The notes under the pieces are model-generated. The model made no database searches, was not told the DNA's origin, and saw only the letters and a list, made by a program, of their open reading frames with translations. Below are positions 21,924 to 34,094 of a DNA stretch of 64,000 bases, one piece after another. The position numbers and the translations under genes were made by a program. The DNA comes from Azolla caroliniana (lineage: Eukaryota; Plantae; Polypodiophyta). Position 1 is the stretch's first letter; each line of letters begins with the position of its first letter. The DNA is taken from contig JBHGNT010000008.1 of NCBI GenBank assembly GCA_043228905.1, positions 7,440,001 through 7,504,000 of the forward strand, written 5' to 3'.

Positions 21924-24623
21924 ATGGAACCACAAACGCTGTCGGAAGCGGCCAGGAAATGGTTCAGGCAACACGGACTGGAGGGGTTCTTGGCCATCAT
22001 GGAGGCACCACCGCACAGAGAAGCCGACCAGGTCATCAAGGAGCTCGACAAGGAGGTCATCACCGAGGAAGCGATCCGCGCGCTAACAGGCCTTCCGGAG
22101 GGAGGAATCTTTCAGATCGATAACCCAACCTCGGAGCAACTCATCCGATATTTCGGTGAGTACTCTGTTGCCGGCAAAGGCTATCGGACGCAGGGCGGCG
22201 AAGATCCGCTATTCAGGGAGATAGCTCGAGTGCTCCATGAGTACGGCCACGTGTACCCCCGACCCCCTGTCATGCCAAAAAATCGGGCAGGGATGATCAT
22301 AGCCACCTATGAAGGGACCAAGGTGGATTGGCCGGTGTTGATTGCAGACGGTTTGTGCGTGGCAATCGACATGGTACGAGGAAAGGACGGCAAGGAGGGC
22401 CGGAAGCTGTGGCATGCCGTCGCTCAGTGGATAACATTGCTCGTGCCGCCGGTCGAGACCGTCCAGCCAAAGAAGCGGCCAAGAGTATCGGAAGGAAGCA
22501 CCTCGAAGCCGGCGTCCAAACGACAGCAGCTGCTGGCGTCAAAGGCGACGAAAGGGAAGAAATGGGTCCCAGAACCGGAGGAGGTGTCACCGGTCCCACC
22601 CGTCAAGATAACCATACGGAGACCGGGACAGAAGGAACCGGAACCCTTGACGGCACAGAAACATGCCGTGACACAGGAAGAGGAAACGGAGGAGCCAGAA
22701 GAGCACCTCCAACGACGGTCAAGAAGTAGGACCGCCGAGACAAGAGGGGAGCGGTCGTACCCGCGAGAGGCAGAAACGCCCCCAACTCAACCTGGGCAAA
22801 CCACAAGGGAAGAACCGGAACCGGTGCGTAGGGAACCGGTCTTGGCGACTTCTATAGAAGAAGTCATTCCAACGGCTCCGGAGACGGCGAGAACCGGAAC
22901 TCAACAGCCGGCGAGCACAGCCAGCACACACGGCGGCCAAGGAATAGAACCAGAACGGCATATGCAGGCACTCAGGCCAGACAATTCCACAGTGAATGAG
23001 CCGACCCGACCAGTACAGCAACAAGGCACCGGTAGCATGTGGCTACGGTGGGTAGGCGAGCAAATCGCCGGAGCGGTCGAGTATATAGAGGCGGAAGAGA
23101 GAGCGCACCAGGAACGGTTGCTCGTCACAACCGTAGATCTAGAGACGGCCCGGTCCAGAATCCGGAGCCTTGAACAAGACTTGGACAGGGTCACAAGGGA
23201 AATGGCTCAATTCGCTTTGACAACACAAGTCCAAGCACCGGTGACTCCGGGCAATGTACAGAATAAAGTGTCAAATCAACCTGTACATAGCAATCAGACC
23301 CCGGCAACGGAAACCGTTCCGGAAAGAAATGCGGCACAAGCCCAAGAGCTTGCGGATTTAAAGGATGAGCTAGCTGCCCAAGAAGCGCTGAGGAGCCGCG
23401 AAAGAGAATTGAAGACGGCAGCGGAGGCAGAACTCAAAAAGACTGCTGAGAATCTACGCCGGGCCGAGGAGAGCTTACGGAAAGGCCACCAAGCGTACGA
23501 CCGGCTCAAGGAGGAAAAGGAGAAAATGCTGCAAGAGAAGGACAGGCTCCGGAGGAACGCTGAAACAGAAGTAGAGCGCCTGAAAGAGGAACTCCGGCAG
23601 GTAAAGGACCGGGAAGACCGGAACCATCGCCAGATCAACGGCAAGCTCAAACAAAAAACGGAGGAATTTGAGCAATTGCACCGGGAGTATAAACGGTTGC
23701 AAACGGAGCACAAGGAACGGACGGATGAGCTCCGGCAAGCAGTTGATCGGACCGCAACCGCATTCGCCAAGGAACAAGCGGAAAACAGAAGACGGTTGGA
23801 AGAGGCGGAGAAGGTTCGGACAGAGCTCCTCAGGCAACAGCAGGCGGAAAAAGAAAGAGCGGCGGAGGTACTGCAGAGGCTGCAAACGACATATCAAGGG
23901 CAACTGACACGCTACAGGGAGCAGGCGGAGGATACGGCAAATCTCATCAAGCAGTTGAAGGAGGAGCGACAAGTGGTGGAAAGCAGAGCGCAAATGGGAG
24001 CAAGTCGCATCCAGGATATAATGCGGGCCTGGTTGAACCAGACCAAGAGCTTGATTGACAACGGGTCCGTCAAATGGTGGACCAAGTGGGCCACGAACGC
24101 GGCGGAACTCCCATTGCTCCGGGCTGACGTAGAGAACCGGCGGAAGGAGGGAGATGATTGCTATATGCTGAATTCTGAAGACTTCACCGGCATAAGAGAT
24201 GAGCTGGCCGAAGACTTTCAAGCCTTGGCGGAGGACCAACTAGAGCAAGTCCGGCAACTTGTAGCTCAGCTGGACGACGACAGGCTGGAGGCGCAGATCC
24301 AGTTTGAAAGTTACGAGAGGTCCCGGATCCGGGGAGAGAAAGAACGAGAACCGGTTACGGTCAACCTCAGTGATGAGGAACCGCTACTGGAAGGAGACCG
24401 GACCGGAAGCAGTCAAACAGAGATGCCGGAGTCAGCGAAACAAACGGAGCAGCAGCAGCAAGGAGAGCAGCCGGAGCAGCCTCAGTCCCAACCGCAACCA
24501 CAACAGCCTCAGTCCCAACCGCAACCACAGCAGCAGCAGCAAGCACAGCCGCAACAACCACAACAAGAAGAACAAGTGGAAATTCTTGAACAAAGTATTG
24601 TGGACAATTTGGGTGAACAATGA
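21924..24623 (+). CDS. A extra ORF2 (~900 aa): N-terminal globular domain, long coiled coil, conserved helical C-terminal domain; alternative ATG at 21753
   Basis: Frame is open from 21624; start chosen by alignment with F and H homologues (W...GLEG[FY]). Confidence 0.85.
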   Translation: MEPQTLSEAARKWFRQHGLEGFLAIMEAPPHREADQVIKELDKEVITEEAIRALTGLPEGGIFQIDNPTSEQLIRYFGEYSVAGKGYRTQGGEDPLFREIARVLHEYGHVYPRPPVMPKNRAGMIIATYEGTKVDWPVLIADGLCVAIDMVRGKDGKEGRKLWHAVAQWITLLVPPVETVQPKKRPRVSEGSTSKPASKRQQLLASKATKGKKWVPEPEEVSPVPPVKITIRRPGQKEPEPLTAQKHAVTQEEETEEPEEHLQRRSRSRTAETRGERSYPREAETPPTQPGQTTREEPEPVRREPVLATSIEEVIPTAPETARTGTQQPASTASTHGGQGIEPERHMQALRPDNSTVNEPTRPVQQQGTGSMWLRWVGEQIAGAVEYIEAEERAHQERLLVTTVDLETARSRIRSLEQDLDRVTREMAQFALTTQVQAPVTPGNVQNKVSNQPVHSNQTPATETVPERNAAQAQELADLKDELAAQEALRSRERELKTAAEAELKKTAENLRRAEESLRKGHQAYDRLKEEKEKMLQEKDRLRRNAETEVERLKEELRQVKDREDRNHRQINGKLKQKTEEFEQLHREYKRLQTEHKERTDELRQAVDRTATAFAKEQAENRRRLEEAEKVRTELLRQQQAEKERAAEVLQRLQTTYQGQLTRYREQAEDTANLIKQLKEERQVVESRAQMGASRIQDIMRAWLNQTKSLIDNGSVKWWTKWATNAAELPLLRADVENRRKEGDDCYMLNSEDFTGIRDELAEDFQALAEDQLEQVRQLVAQLDDDRLEAQIQFESYERSRIRGEKEREPVTVNLSDEEPLLEGDRTGSSQTEMPESAKQTEQQQQGEQPEQPQSQPQPQQPQSQPQPQQQQQAQPQQPQQEEQVEILEQSIVDNLGEQ

Positions 24624-24633
24624 AGGGGCCGAG

Positions 24634-24673
24634 AAGGGTTCGACGTACAAGGTACTGTCCCACGGGCGTGCCA
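24634..24673 (+). promoter_or_regulatory. tRNA-Arg-like hairpin/CCA module at the PPT position (A)
   Basis: AAGGGTTCGACGTACAAGGTACTGTCCCACGGGCGTGCCA, then TG, then LTR at 24676. Confidence 0.85.
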
Positions 24674-24675
24674 TG

Positions 24676-25095
24676 TGTTACCGGCCGGCAAGGAGTCCAA
24701 AATACGGAGTGAAGGAATTAATTATATATGGTTGTAAATGAGGATAGTGTGGACGGACGGACTGGAAACGGTATGCCGTTCCAGATCCGGACGGATCCCG
24801 AATAGGTGCGAGGGGCACCGTTTTGTACTACGAGCCGGAAACCTATTTAAAGGCCCGGACCCCATTGTAATGACAGCGGATAATTAATTAAGCTTATGAT
24901 GTGTATACTTCTGTCTTGATTTCCGTCCTGTAATCACTGTTATATCTTACGCGTGTAATTAACCAAAGCAATCTAATCGTGTAACCTACTTAAGTCGGTG
25001 TAATCGTTGAATCTTAATCCTATGCCGTAATCACCCTTTGGTGAAGTGTCTCCGTGACACCTTGTGTTAGGCCTTGTCCGGCTAAGAGAATAACA
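24676..25095 (+). repeat. A 3' LTR
   Basis: Direct repeat of 15212-15631. Confidence 0.95.
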
Positions 25096-25292
25096 ACGCC
25101 TCTGTACGAGCCTTCACGTACCACGCCCTTGAAGACCGATAGACGCAGATCTATCGAAGGTGTTCACCCAAAGGAACGGGTAACACAAAGGAACAGGTAG
25201 ACGCAGATCTATTTAACCCGGAGCCAGTCGAAGGAACTTCCGACTCGACGGTCACTAACCAATCCTTTCTAGATCAATCGGGGGCTTGTCCA

Positions 25293-28200
25293 GTGCAATC
25301 CTCGCCACCGGACACTCGATTGCGAGTGGATTCACCACCAGAACTCCCGTCGAGCCCTCCGGAGGTCAATCAACCGGAACTAAACCCTTTTCCGGTGCTA
25401 CCAGAAGAACCACAGTACGACATCATGCCGTACCCATACCCACGATATGCCGACGGACTTGACGCGGAGTCACACGTCCGTGCCTTCATATCCACGTGGC
25501 AGGCTAACCACTCCACACACCGCCTCACACCGGCCGAAATCGATGCCTCGAAGATTGCCGAGTTCACACTCTCCCTCGATGGACCGGCCGCACGATGGTA
25601 CTCTCGTCTCGAAATAGGAGAGGCCAACACTTTCCAAATCGTGCGCACAAAGTTCCTTGAACTTTTTAATCACGAGGTGCCTAAACGGGAACTGCTACGG
25701 AAATTCTTCTCTATATGCCAGGAACCACACGAAACGGTCACGCAGTTTACGATCCGGTTCCAGGATCTCTACAGACAAGTGGCCGATGATGTCTCGGCAC
25801 AACATATACCGGACACTTTCCTATCCAGTTTACGAGAGCCTCTACGAACGACTCTCACACTTACAAATTTCGCCAACCATACTATCGAACAAGTCATAGT
25901 GCGCGTTCTCGCCCTCGATCGGAACCAGCACGGCACGGCCTTCTCGATGACATCCTTGCAAAACGCTCTTCCCCAAGAGGACAATTGCTTTCGCCAAGCC
26001 CTCCAATGCACTGCGTGTTCAGGAGCAGGGCACCTGGTCCTCGAATGTCCCCACCGACCACAGTGTCCGATCTGTCAGTCTCGAGCTCACACGGTCGAGC
26101 AGTGTGAATATAATATGCTGAACCGCACAACGGCAGCACCGGTCCGCCAGATCGAGCCACATAATACATACTCTCGGTAGGACGAGCGATATATATACCG
26201 CGACCAGGATAAGGACCAACCGCGATCCCCAGATCGATGGCGCCGAAACGACGACTACCAACGTGATAATCGCCGTGATTATTATCGCGATGACCGGCAC
26301 GACAATTATGCTCGGTACGATGACGATCGCGATGATCGGTATGACCGAAGGAACTCACGTATGGATTGGCGAAACGGCAATCGCAACACACGCAACAACA
26401 GAAGACCTAATCACAACCGTCGACGGGACGCTCCTCAACATGACCAGCGCAACTCCAACGCACCTCGGAACAACCCACCACCAAACGAGACCGAGGATCA
26501 ACAACAACAGCTTCCACACACAGACCGAGCGGACACCAGCAGCTCAGCCAACGTGACATGTTTTAAATGTAACCAACCAGGCCACTACGCCACGCAATGT
26601 CCGACAACCAACCGTGCCAAGGCACCCGCGGTAAACAATATCATGGCCGATGTTCAAACGGTCACTACCCCGAGTAAAGCACAGACTACTCAGTGGCAAA
26701 TCCAGGATGAAGTACGACAGGCAGCAAAAGAATGGGTCGACACGGCCAATAAAAATAATGCCGCACGCATGCAAACTGACATGAGGGACGGGCCCAGTGA
26801 AGTACCACAAACCACGACACCACCCATGTCGTCGGAGGACGACCAACTATGGGATGTGCTTACCAATTCCTGCATCTCGCTGCCCCTACATAAACTGCTA
26901 CCACTCATGCCGAGATTTCGGGACACCCTGGCGGCACTACAGGCCAATACTAAGACCGTGACACCATCGGTACACCTCACCGAAGCAGGTACCGGTCCAT
27001 CACTCATGGATTCTCAGAACCCAGCCGTGTGAATCATCATTAAGGGACAAGACCTGCACGGATGCATCATCGACGGCGGATCCGGCGTAAACGTTATTAG
27101 CGAATCAACGTGTCTCAAACTCGGCCTGAATCAATGGGAACCATGCCCCTTTTGGCTTCGGATGGCCGACACCCGCTCCGTTCGCCCCATTGGTTTAATC
27201 CGCCATCTCGACTTCACACTCGGAGGCCACATGTTCATGATCTCGGCCGTCGTGCTACGACTGGAGACACAAGGCGCCTACCCAATGTTACTAGGTCGAC
27301 CATGGTTGCGTACAACGAATATCAAGCAACATTGGCAACGCAACATGATCTCGTTCCGAAGAGGGAAGACAAAAGTCTGAATCATCACTGAAGAACGAGT
27401 CCCCGTCGCCCTCAACACTTCGCCGTTATACGCGGAAGGGGTCCATATGCTCGACGGATTGGCCGATGAGGAGGTCGATGACTTCCTAGATGATCATCCC
27501 ACGATCATTCCTATCTTCGAAATCAATGCCTTACCAACCATCGAGCCATCTAAAGACGAGGAAGTCACGGAGGAGTCACCACCCCAGGATGAACCCGATG
27601 CAACCACAGTTGCCGAGCTACGTCATGCTCGGGAGGCTTTCGAACGCGAACTCACCATTTCACAAAGAGTGAAAGCATCAACCCTGGAAACAATAAACCT
27701 CGGTTCGGACGAGAATCCCCGTACGGTACAAATTGCCAATAATCTACCAACCGGCGAACGGGCATGTCTTGTAAAATTACTCACCGACTACCAGGATGTT
27801 TTCGCTTGGTCTTACACCGATATGAAGGGGCTGGATCCTCAATACTACCAACATCAAATTCACATCTTACCGGACACTCGGCCAGTTCAGCAGAGGCGCT
27901 ACAGGATGAACCCCAACTACGCCGCTAAAGTCAAAGAGGAAATTGACAAGTTACTCCAAGTGGGCTTCATTCACCTTGTTAAATGGGCTACATGGTTGAG
28001 CCCGATCGTAGTGGTCCCAAAGAAGAACGGAAAAATCCGTGTCTGCGTCCACTATCGGAAGCTTAACGCGGCAACGGTCACCGACGGTTTCCCTCTCCCA
28101 TTCACGGATAGCGTCCTCGACACGGTAGCCGGCCACGAATGCTATAGTTTCCTCGACGGGTTCAGCGGCTATAACCAGATAATAATGCACTCGGAGGATC

Positions 28201-30560
28201 AGGAGAAAATGGCTTTCGTCACGGAATGGGGAGTTTTTGTAGCAAAAGTTATGATGTTCGGTCTAAAAATAACACCGGCTACGTTCCAGCGCATCATCAC
28301 TGAAATCTTTCATGACTACATTCCGGCGTTCATGCAAGTTTTTCTTGACGATTTTGCCGTGTATGGCCATCGACGGGAACACATGACCCAGTTACGACTC
28401 TGCCTGGACCGATGTCGCCAACCTCGATTGAGTTTAAACCCGGCAAAATGCGCGTTCTTAGTCACCAGCGGCAACCTTCTCGGCCACATTTTTAGTCAAG
28501 AAGGCATCGCTATGGACCCGGATAAAGTAAAGGCAATCCTGGATGCCACCGCACCCTCGAATGCTAAGGCACTAAGCTGTTTTTTGGGATAGATGCGGTG
28601 GCACAGCCGAATGATACGACACCTGGCCGATTTCGCGACACCCTTACACGCGACAGTCCATCGCCTTCCTTTCCAATGGACGTCAGTCGAGGATACGGCT
28701 TATCAGACCCTGAAACGAATGTTGTCACATGTCCCGGTGGTCCAGTCTCCGGTTTGGTCTGAACCGTTTCACGTCTTCGTAGATGCTTCAGACATCGCCA
28801 TCGGAAGTGCTCTGATGCAATGCACACCCCCGAATTGGTATAGGCCCGTGTACTACGCCAGCCGATGGCTCTCGACCGCGGAAAAGAATTACTCCACCGA
28901 GCGGGAGGCCCTCGGTATGATTTATAGCATCAATAAATTTCGGCATTACCTCTTGGGCCGAAAATTTACCTTTCACGTGGATCACTCGGCCCTTATTTAT
29001 TTGGTCAATAAACAAGCCCTCACCGGACGGTTGGCTCGGTGGATGGTCCTACTACAAGAGTTTGATTTTCAGATTCAGCATCGACCCGGGGTACAACATG
29101 CCGTCGCCGATTACTTGAGTCGTCTTGAGTCAGGAGAACCGGCGAAAATAACGTACGATGAGCTACCGGACGCCAGCCTATTTAACCTAACCACGGTACC
29201 AAACGATAACGGAGATGAATGGATCACGGAGATGACCCATTTTCTCACTACCGGTGTACCTCCCGAGCACATGACCCTTGACACGAGAAAACGCCTAGCA
29301 GTGCGTAGTCAGAATTTTTGCCTCGTCTCGGACATTCTCTACCACAAAGGCTCGGACGGCATATGGCGCCGAGCGATTCGGCAGTTCGAGAAGAACGCCA
29401 TTCTTCAGGAAGCCCACCAGGGAGTAGTTGGGGGACACTACGCCGGGGATTCCACGGCAAGGAAAGTTTGGCAAAGTGGATTATGGTGGCCAACAACGAA
29501 GAAAGACGCTCACGAGTTTTGCAGGTAGTGCGATTTGTGCCAACGACTGGGGCAACCAATGGAACAGTCACGGATGCCACACCAGCCGATTCTTCCATTG
29601 GACCCATTTCAAAAATGGGGTTTGGATTTTGTAGGCCCTTTCAAACCACCCGCGGCCCGAACAGGGAATAGATATATTATCGTTGCCACGGATTACTGCA
29701 CCAAATGGGTTGAGGCTAAGGCACTCCGAGATAACACGGCGGCATCCACGGCTAAATTTGTGTACGAGCACCTCTGGTGCCGTTACGGATGTCCAATCGA
29801 GGTCGTTAGTGACCAAGGTGGGCACTTCATCAATCATATAATACGTGAGCTTACACACCACTACGCGGTGGTGCACAAGAAAAGCACACAATACTACCCG
29901 CAGGCGAACGGCTTGACAGAATCAACAAATAAAATCCTCCAAACCATACTGAAGAAGATCGTCAATGAGAACAGGACCGATTGGGATGACAAACTCCAGA
30001 GCGCGCTGTGGGCGTATCATACGACTTTCAAAACAAGCATCCAATCGACCCCCTTTCGAATGGCGTTCGGGTTAGAAGCCGTAATACCCGTCGAGTTCCA
30101 AGTCTCGAGCCTCCAAGTTCAAGTCAAAGCACGGCTCCCCGAGGCCGAATCCGAGCAATACCAGCTGGAACAACTCCTCGAACTCGGGGAAGATAGGATA
30201 GAGAGTATGGCCCAGCTCGAACAACGCCAACGGCAACGCAAGGCTTTCGTGGATCAACATTGACATGGGCTGGAGAAGGAGCTCACCATCGGCAAACCAG
30301 TTCTTCTTTTTCAAACATGACTCGGGTCAATGCCGGGAAAATTAAGATTTCGGTGGACCGGTCCATTCTGGATTATCGACGAGTTCAACGGGACGTTCCA
30401 GCTCGGCACACTCGCCAGCGACACAGTCAAAAGCTGGGCCAATGGTTTTCGGCTTAGACCATATCGAGGGACTATACCACCCAACCCGTTTACCGAGCCA
30501 CACGGCACCAACGAGACTCGGGAGATCACCACGGAGGACGCCACATGTCCCCCTGAATAA
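25293..30560 (+). pseudogene. B gag-pol, fragmented by stops and frameshifts
   Basis: ORF fragments are colinear with and highly similar to the A polyprotein. Confidence 0.92.
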
Positions 30561-33500
30561 GGACTCACCCACCTTCTTGAAATTAATAAAAGTAGTAGTA
30601 GGTAGGATTAACCATAGTTTAGACACTGTTTAGCTACACCTACACCACCCACCTAGGCACCACAATTTTAGGAGCACCCCTCACTTCCACTCTTAGTTCA
30701 AGTTACCTTCAACTCTCTATGCTCCACCCCTCGCCACCACTCAGTTAGTACCTATTTAAGCTGTTCACACATGCAAACCACATGCAAAGCACTAGAAGCA
30801 CCCCACTCACCTTCAGGACAGGTGGTGCTAGTCACTTATTATGGCACCCACGACTCAGAATCTTCAGGATTCGCTGCAGGCACAAAACCCTAGGAATAAG
30901 TTACCAAAACCGTTTCCAAAACGCAGCACAGACCATTATCGCTCTCCATCTCCATTGCTCTCAAGATCAGAAACCCCATCTCGCCCTTATCACGCGAAAC
31001 GCTCTTGCCCCCTGTCGCCGACCAGAAAACTGCATCTGCACCACCACCCGCCCAACCCCAACAAAAAAGGGTAGTTTCCGAGACCTGCCAAGAATGGGAG
31101 GAGGAGGTAGCCGCGGAAGACAACACGGACGATAACGTCACCATTCGACAGCCAACGTCGCGCCCCTCAGTAACGTCCCCAGGACCTAGCCCATGCTCCA
31201 ACACAAGCAGGCTGCACCACCACGACCCCAGAAAAGGAAGCAGGCGGAGGAAACGACACTACCGGCCCCGGAACCCCAAACACAGCCAAGCAAAAGAAGA
31301 CGACTCAACCGCGAGTCCTCAGAAGAACAGAAGGAGCCACATCAGGAGCAAGCCTTAGTGGTCACACAGAGCAACCTGGCCATCACCCCTGCGGAGGCAT
31401 CGCTGAACCAGGGAACGATCGAGCATGGGCAGACAACATAGATCTCGGAGGATGAAGTCCTCGGGTATAAGGACCTCCCCGCGGAGGCTTACGAATTTAG
31501 TGCGCTCTTACGCCTCGGTACGTCATTCGAGTTGGTCGACTTCCTCGCCAGAGCCCAAGTCGCGGCAGCCGCTCGGATGGCGGAAGAGCACGCCGAAACA
31601 AAAATGATTCAACGCGCGCTAATAGGTGAAATTGAGCCCTAGGAGGATAGGGCTTTACAAAAAATCGGGAGGAAGAAGCAGGCAAAACAGGCCGCTCTCC
31701 TCATGGAGATCCCCGAGTTGAACACAGCCCTTATCGAGGCATATCGGGACCTGGATCGCACTACGCGGGCAGCCAAAGACATGGCCCGAAAGATAAAAGT
31801 AGCCCAAAAACAGGCTAAGATGGCTACAGAACTATGGCACGCTGTGAACCAGAAGCTGGCAGCCTGGGAGCAAAACTGGTCGGAACAACAAGTCCCGAGC
31901 CTTCCGGTAACAACCACCAAGGCCCTCCCAGCGGCTCCACGCATAACAATGATGGATGAAAGCACCATCACCGACTCCATCCTGAAGGTACAGGCCAGTA
32001 CACAAATGGACTCGTTACAAATGGTCGATGCCTGCACAACAACCGAGGCGGCCACGGCCGTGGAGCAAACCGAACTACCCGTACCTCGTGCAACCAAGGA
32101 GGTGGCAACCTAGACAGAACCCCACCTCCGGGATTACCGTGCGGAGCTTAAAGAAGAACAACGGCGAACCGAGATACACTAACAACGGCATCAAGAGGCG
32201 ATGGCTCGCCTAAAAGAAGAAGCTTCCAAGCAGATGGCCGAGATAAGAGCCCAAGCCGACCAACGGACACACAAGTAGAACGAAGCACTGGGCTGGGTAC
32301 AAGCACAAGCCGCGACCAAGGAAGCCGAACTCAAAAGCAAGCTGGAGGAATACGCAGCCACAGTGGTGAAGAAAGAGACGGAGGTTCTAGACCCACAGGC
32401 CGCGCTCGACAATGCACACGACTGGAACCAGCGGCAGGAGGAAAGAAATCGCCAACGAGAGGAGAGGATGAACGCAGAGAATGCCGAGTTGCAGAGTCAG
32501 CGTACGACCCTTAAAGAGATGGCTGACGAGTTTTTCATCAAGTGCAAGCTACTTTCAGAGCAAAAAGACGCCTTATCGGATTCCTACTTCGCCCTACAAG
32601 AAGAGAGAATCGTTGAACGGGAACAAATCCGGGCCACGTGTCAGAAAGAACGGGAGCAGGCCACCGAAGAACTCACCAAGCGTTACGAGCAGGCTCTCCA
32701 GCTCGTAACCGCGGATGCAAAGAACAGTCAGGCCATCTATGAGTTAAGGACACAGAAGATTCAGACCGAGGTCAACGGCTTAAAACAGGAATTAGCAGCC
32801 ATCCGAGCACAGCCCAGCATGGATGAGACACGCATCCGCATACTGCTTGAGAAACAATGCCAACACCTTACCAAAAAGGTCGAGGAAACATTAAGTCGCG
32901 CAGGAGACGAATGGGCAGCCCAAGCTGCCGAATTGCATATTTTACGCGCCGACGCCGAGAACTGACGGAAGGAGGGCCGCGACTTCTACAAAATGGACGA
33001 AGCCAGCATTCAAAACCTGCGTGCAGATTTAACCGAGGATTACCAGTCCTGGGCAAAATCTCACACCGCAGCAATCGAGCAAATAATGGAGGACTTCAAT
33101 GATGGTCAGATGTTGTTTCGCCTGGAAGCAGAAGCCTTCGAACGAGAATGACTCGCAGCCATCCCCACCAACCCTCCAACGGCCACAGAGCAGAAAGAAG
33201 AACCTCCCAACAAGGAGATCACGGACATGGACCAGGAGGAACTTGCCCCGGCCAACAGACATCCCTTGGTCGCCCACACGGTACCAGAGCCTGTCGAAGG
33301 AGAGGTCAGCACCCACGAACCCACACCCCCACCAGAAGAATCGGCCGCACCCGAGGCGGACGCCCGAGAAGATATGCCACCCCCGGGCCAAACTCAACCC
33401 CCCGCACCGACAGTCCAACTAGACCACCCTTCCACCACCCCGGACCCCGAAAGTGTCAGGAACTCTATTAAGGCAGAGAAGGAATTAGTACTAAAAGAAG

Positions 33501-33586
33501 GATTAGTACTATTGTTGGGGAATAGTACTAAGACAGAGAAGGATTAGTACTATGAGAGGTGTCGAACTTTGAGAGAAGGAATGAGT

Positions 33587-33634
<48 letters not shown>

Positions 33635-33853
33635 TGATGCGAAAGATATATGTATTATATGACGGAAGATATACAACAGTAGTTAGAAGGCTTAAGACTG
33701 GCGTTGAACCGATTTGGTTCGAACTAATGCCTTGCACCTCCTTTTATAGTGTCTTCAGGAATACTCCTGAAGTTTCTAGAATGTTCCAGAGAAATCTGGA
33801 ATATACATCAATTTCCTAATAAAACCTAAATGAAAATAATATCCTTCAAATTA

Positions 33854-33924
33854 CAACTCATAACCTAATGGTAAAGTCTCGACCCGTGTAACAAAAGGTT
33901 ATGGGTTCGAGTCTAGTTATGACA
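33854..33924 (+). promoter_or_regulatory. Degenerate tRNA-like Pol III A/B-box cassette in C U3 (two per C1 LTR, one per C2 LTR)
   Basis: TAACCTAATGG...GGTTCGAGTCT with tRNA-like spacing; TCATAAC/GTTATGA flanking stem. Confidence 0.55.
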
Positions 33925-34094
33925 TAGTTATGACAAAAGTCTCTAGAATGTTCCAGAGAAATCTGGAATATACATCAATTTCCTAATAAAACCTAAATGA
34001 AAATAATATCCTTCAAATTACAACTCATAACCTAATGGTAAAGTCTCGACCCGTGTAACAAAAGGTTATGGGTTCGAGTCTAGTTATGACATAG

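Larger units (their letters stand above)
15212..25095 (+). mobile_element. Element A: intact young non-chromovirus Ty3/gypsy element inserted in the 5' LTR of B
   Basis: 420-bp LTRs (2 differences seen), TSD ACGCC, two uninterrupted ORFs. Confidence 0.96.

Noticed and set aside
21924-24623. ORF2 as an envelope protein
   Set aside because: No evident signal peptide or hydrophobic transmembrane anchor; the C-terminus is polar and Q/E-rich.
24622-24638. GAAGGGGCCGAGAAGGG as the PPT of A
   Set aside because: Lies ~37 nt from the LTR, is interrupted, and has no equivalent at that position in B, E, F or Z.
15212-25095. A as a simply inverted element (PBS on the minus strand, ORFs antisense)
   Set aside because: No minus-strand PPT at the left LTR; the LTR TATA-like box and a 5' PBS are on the + strand. 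Not fully excluded without RNA data.
33854-33924. Functional tRNA genes in the C and D LTRs
   Set aside because: Anticodon arm and stems are too degenerate; only the promoter boxes are convincing.
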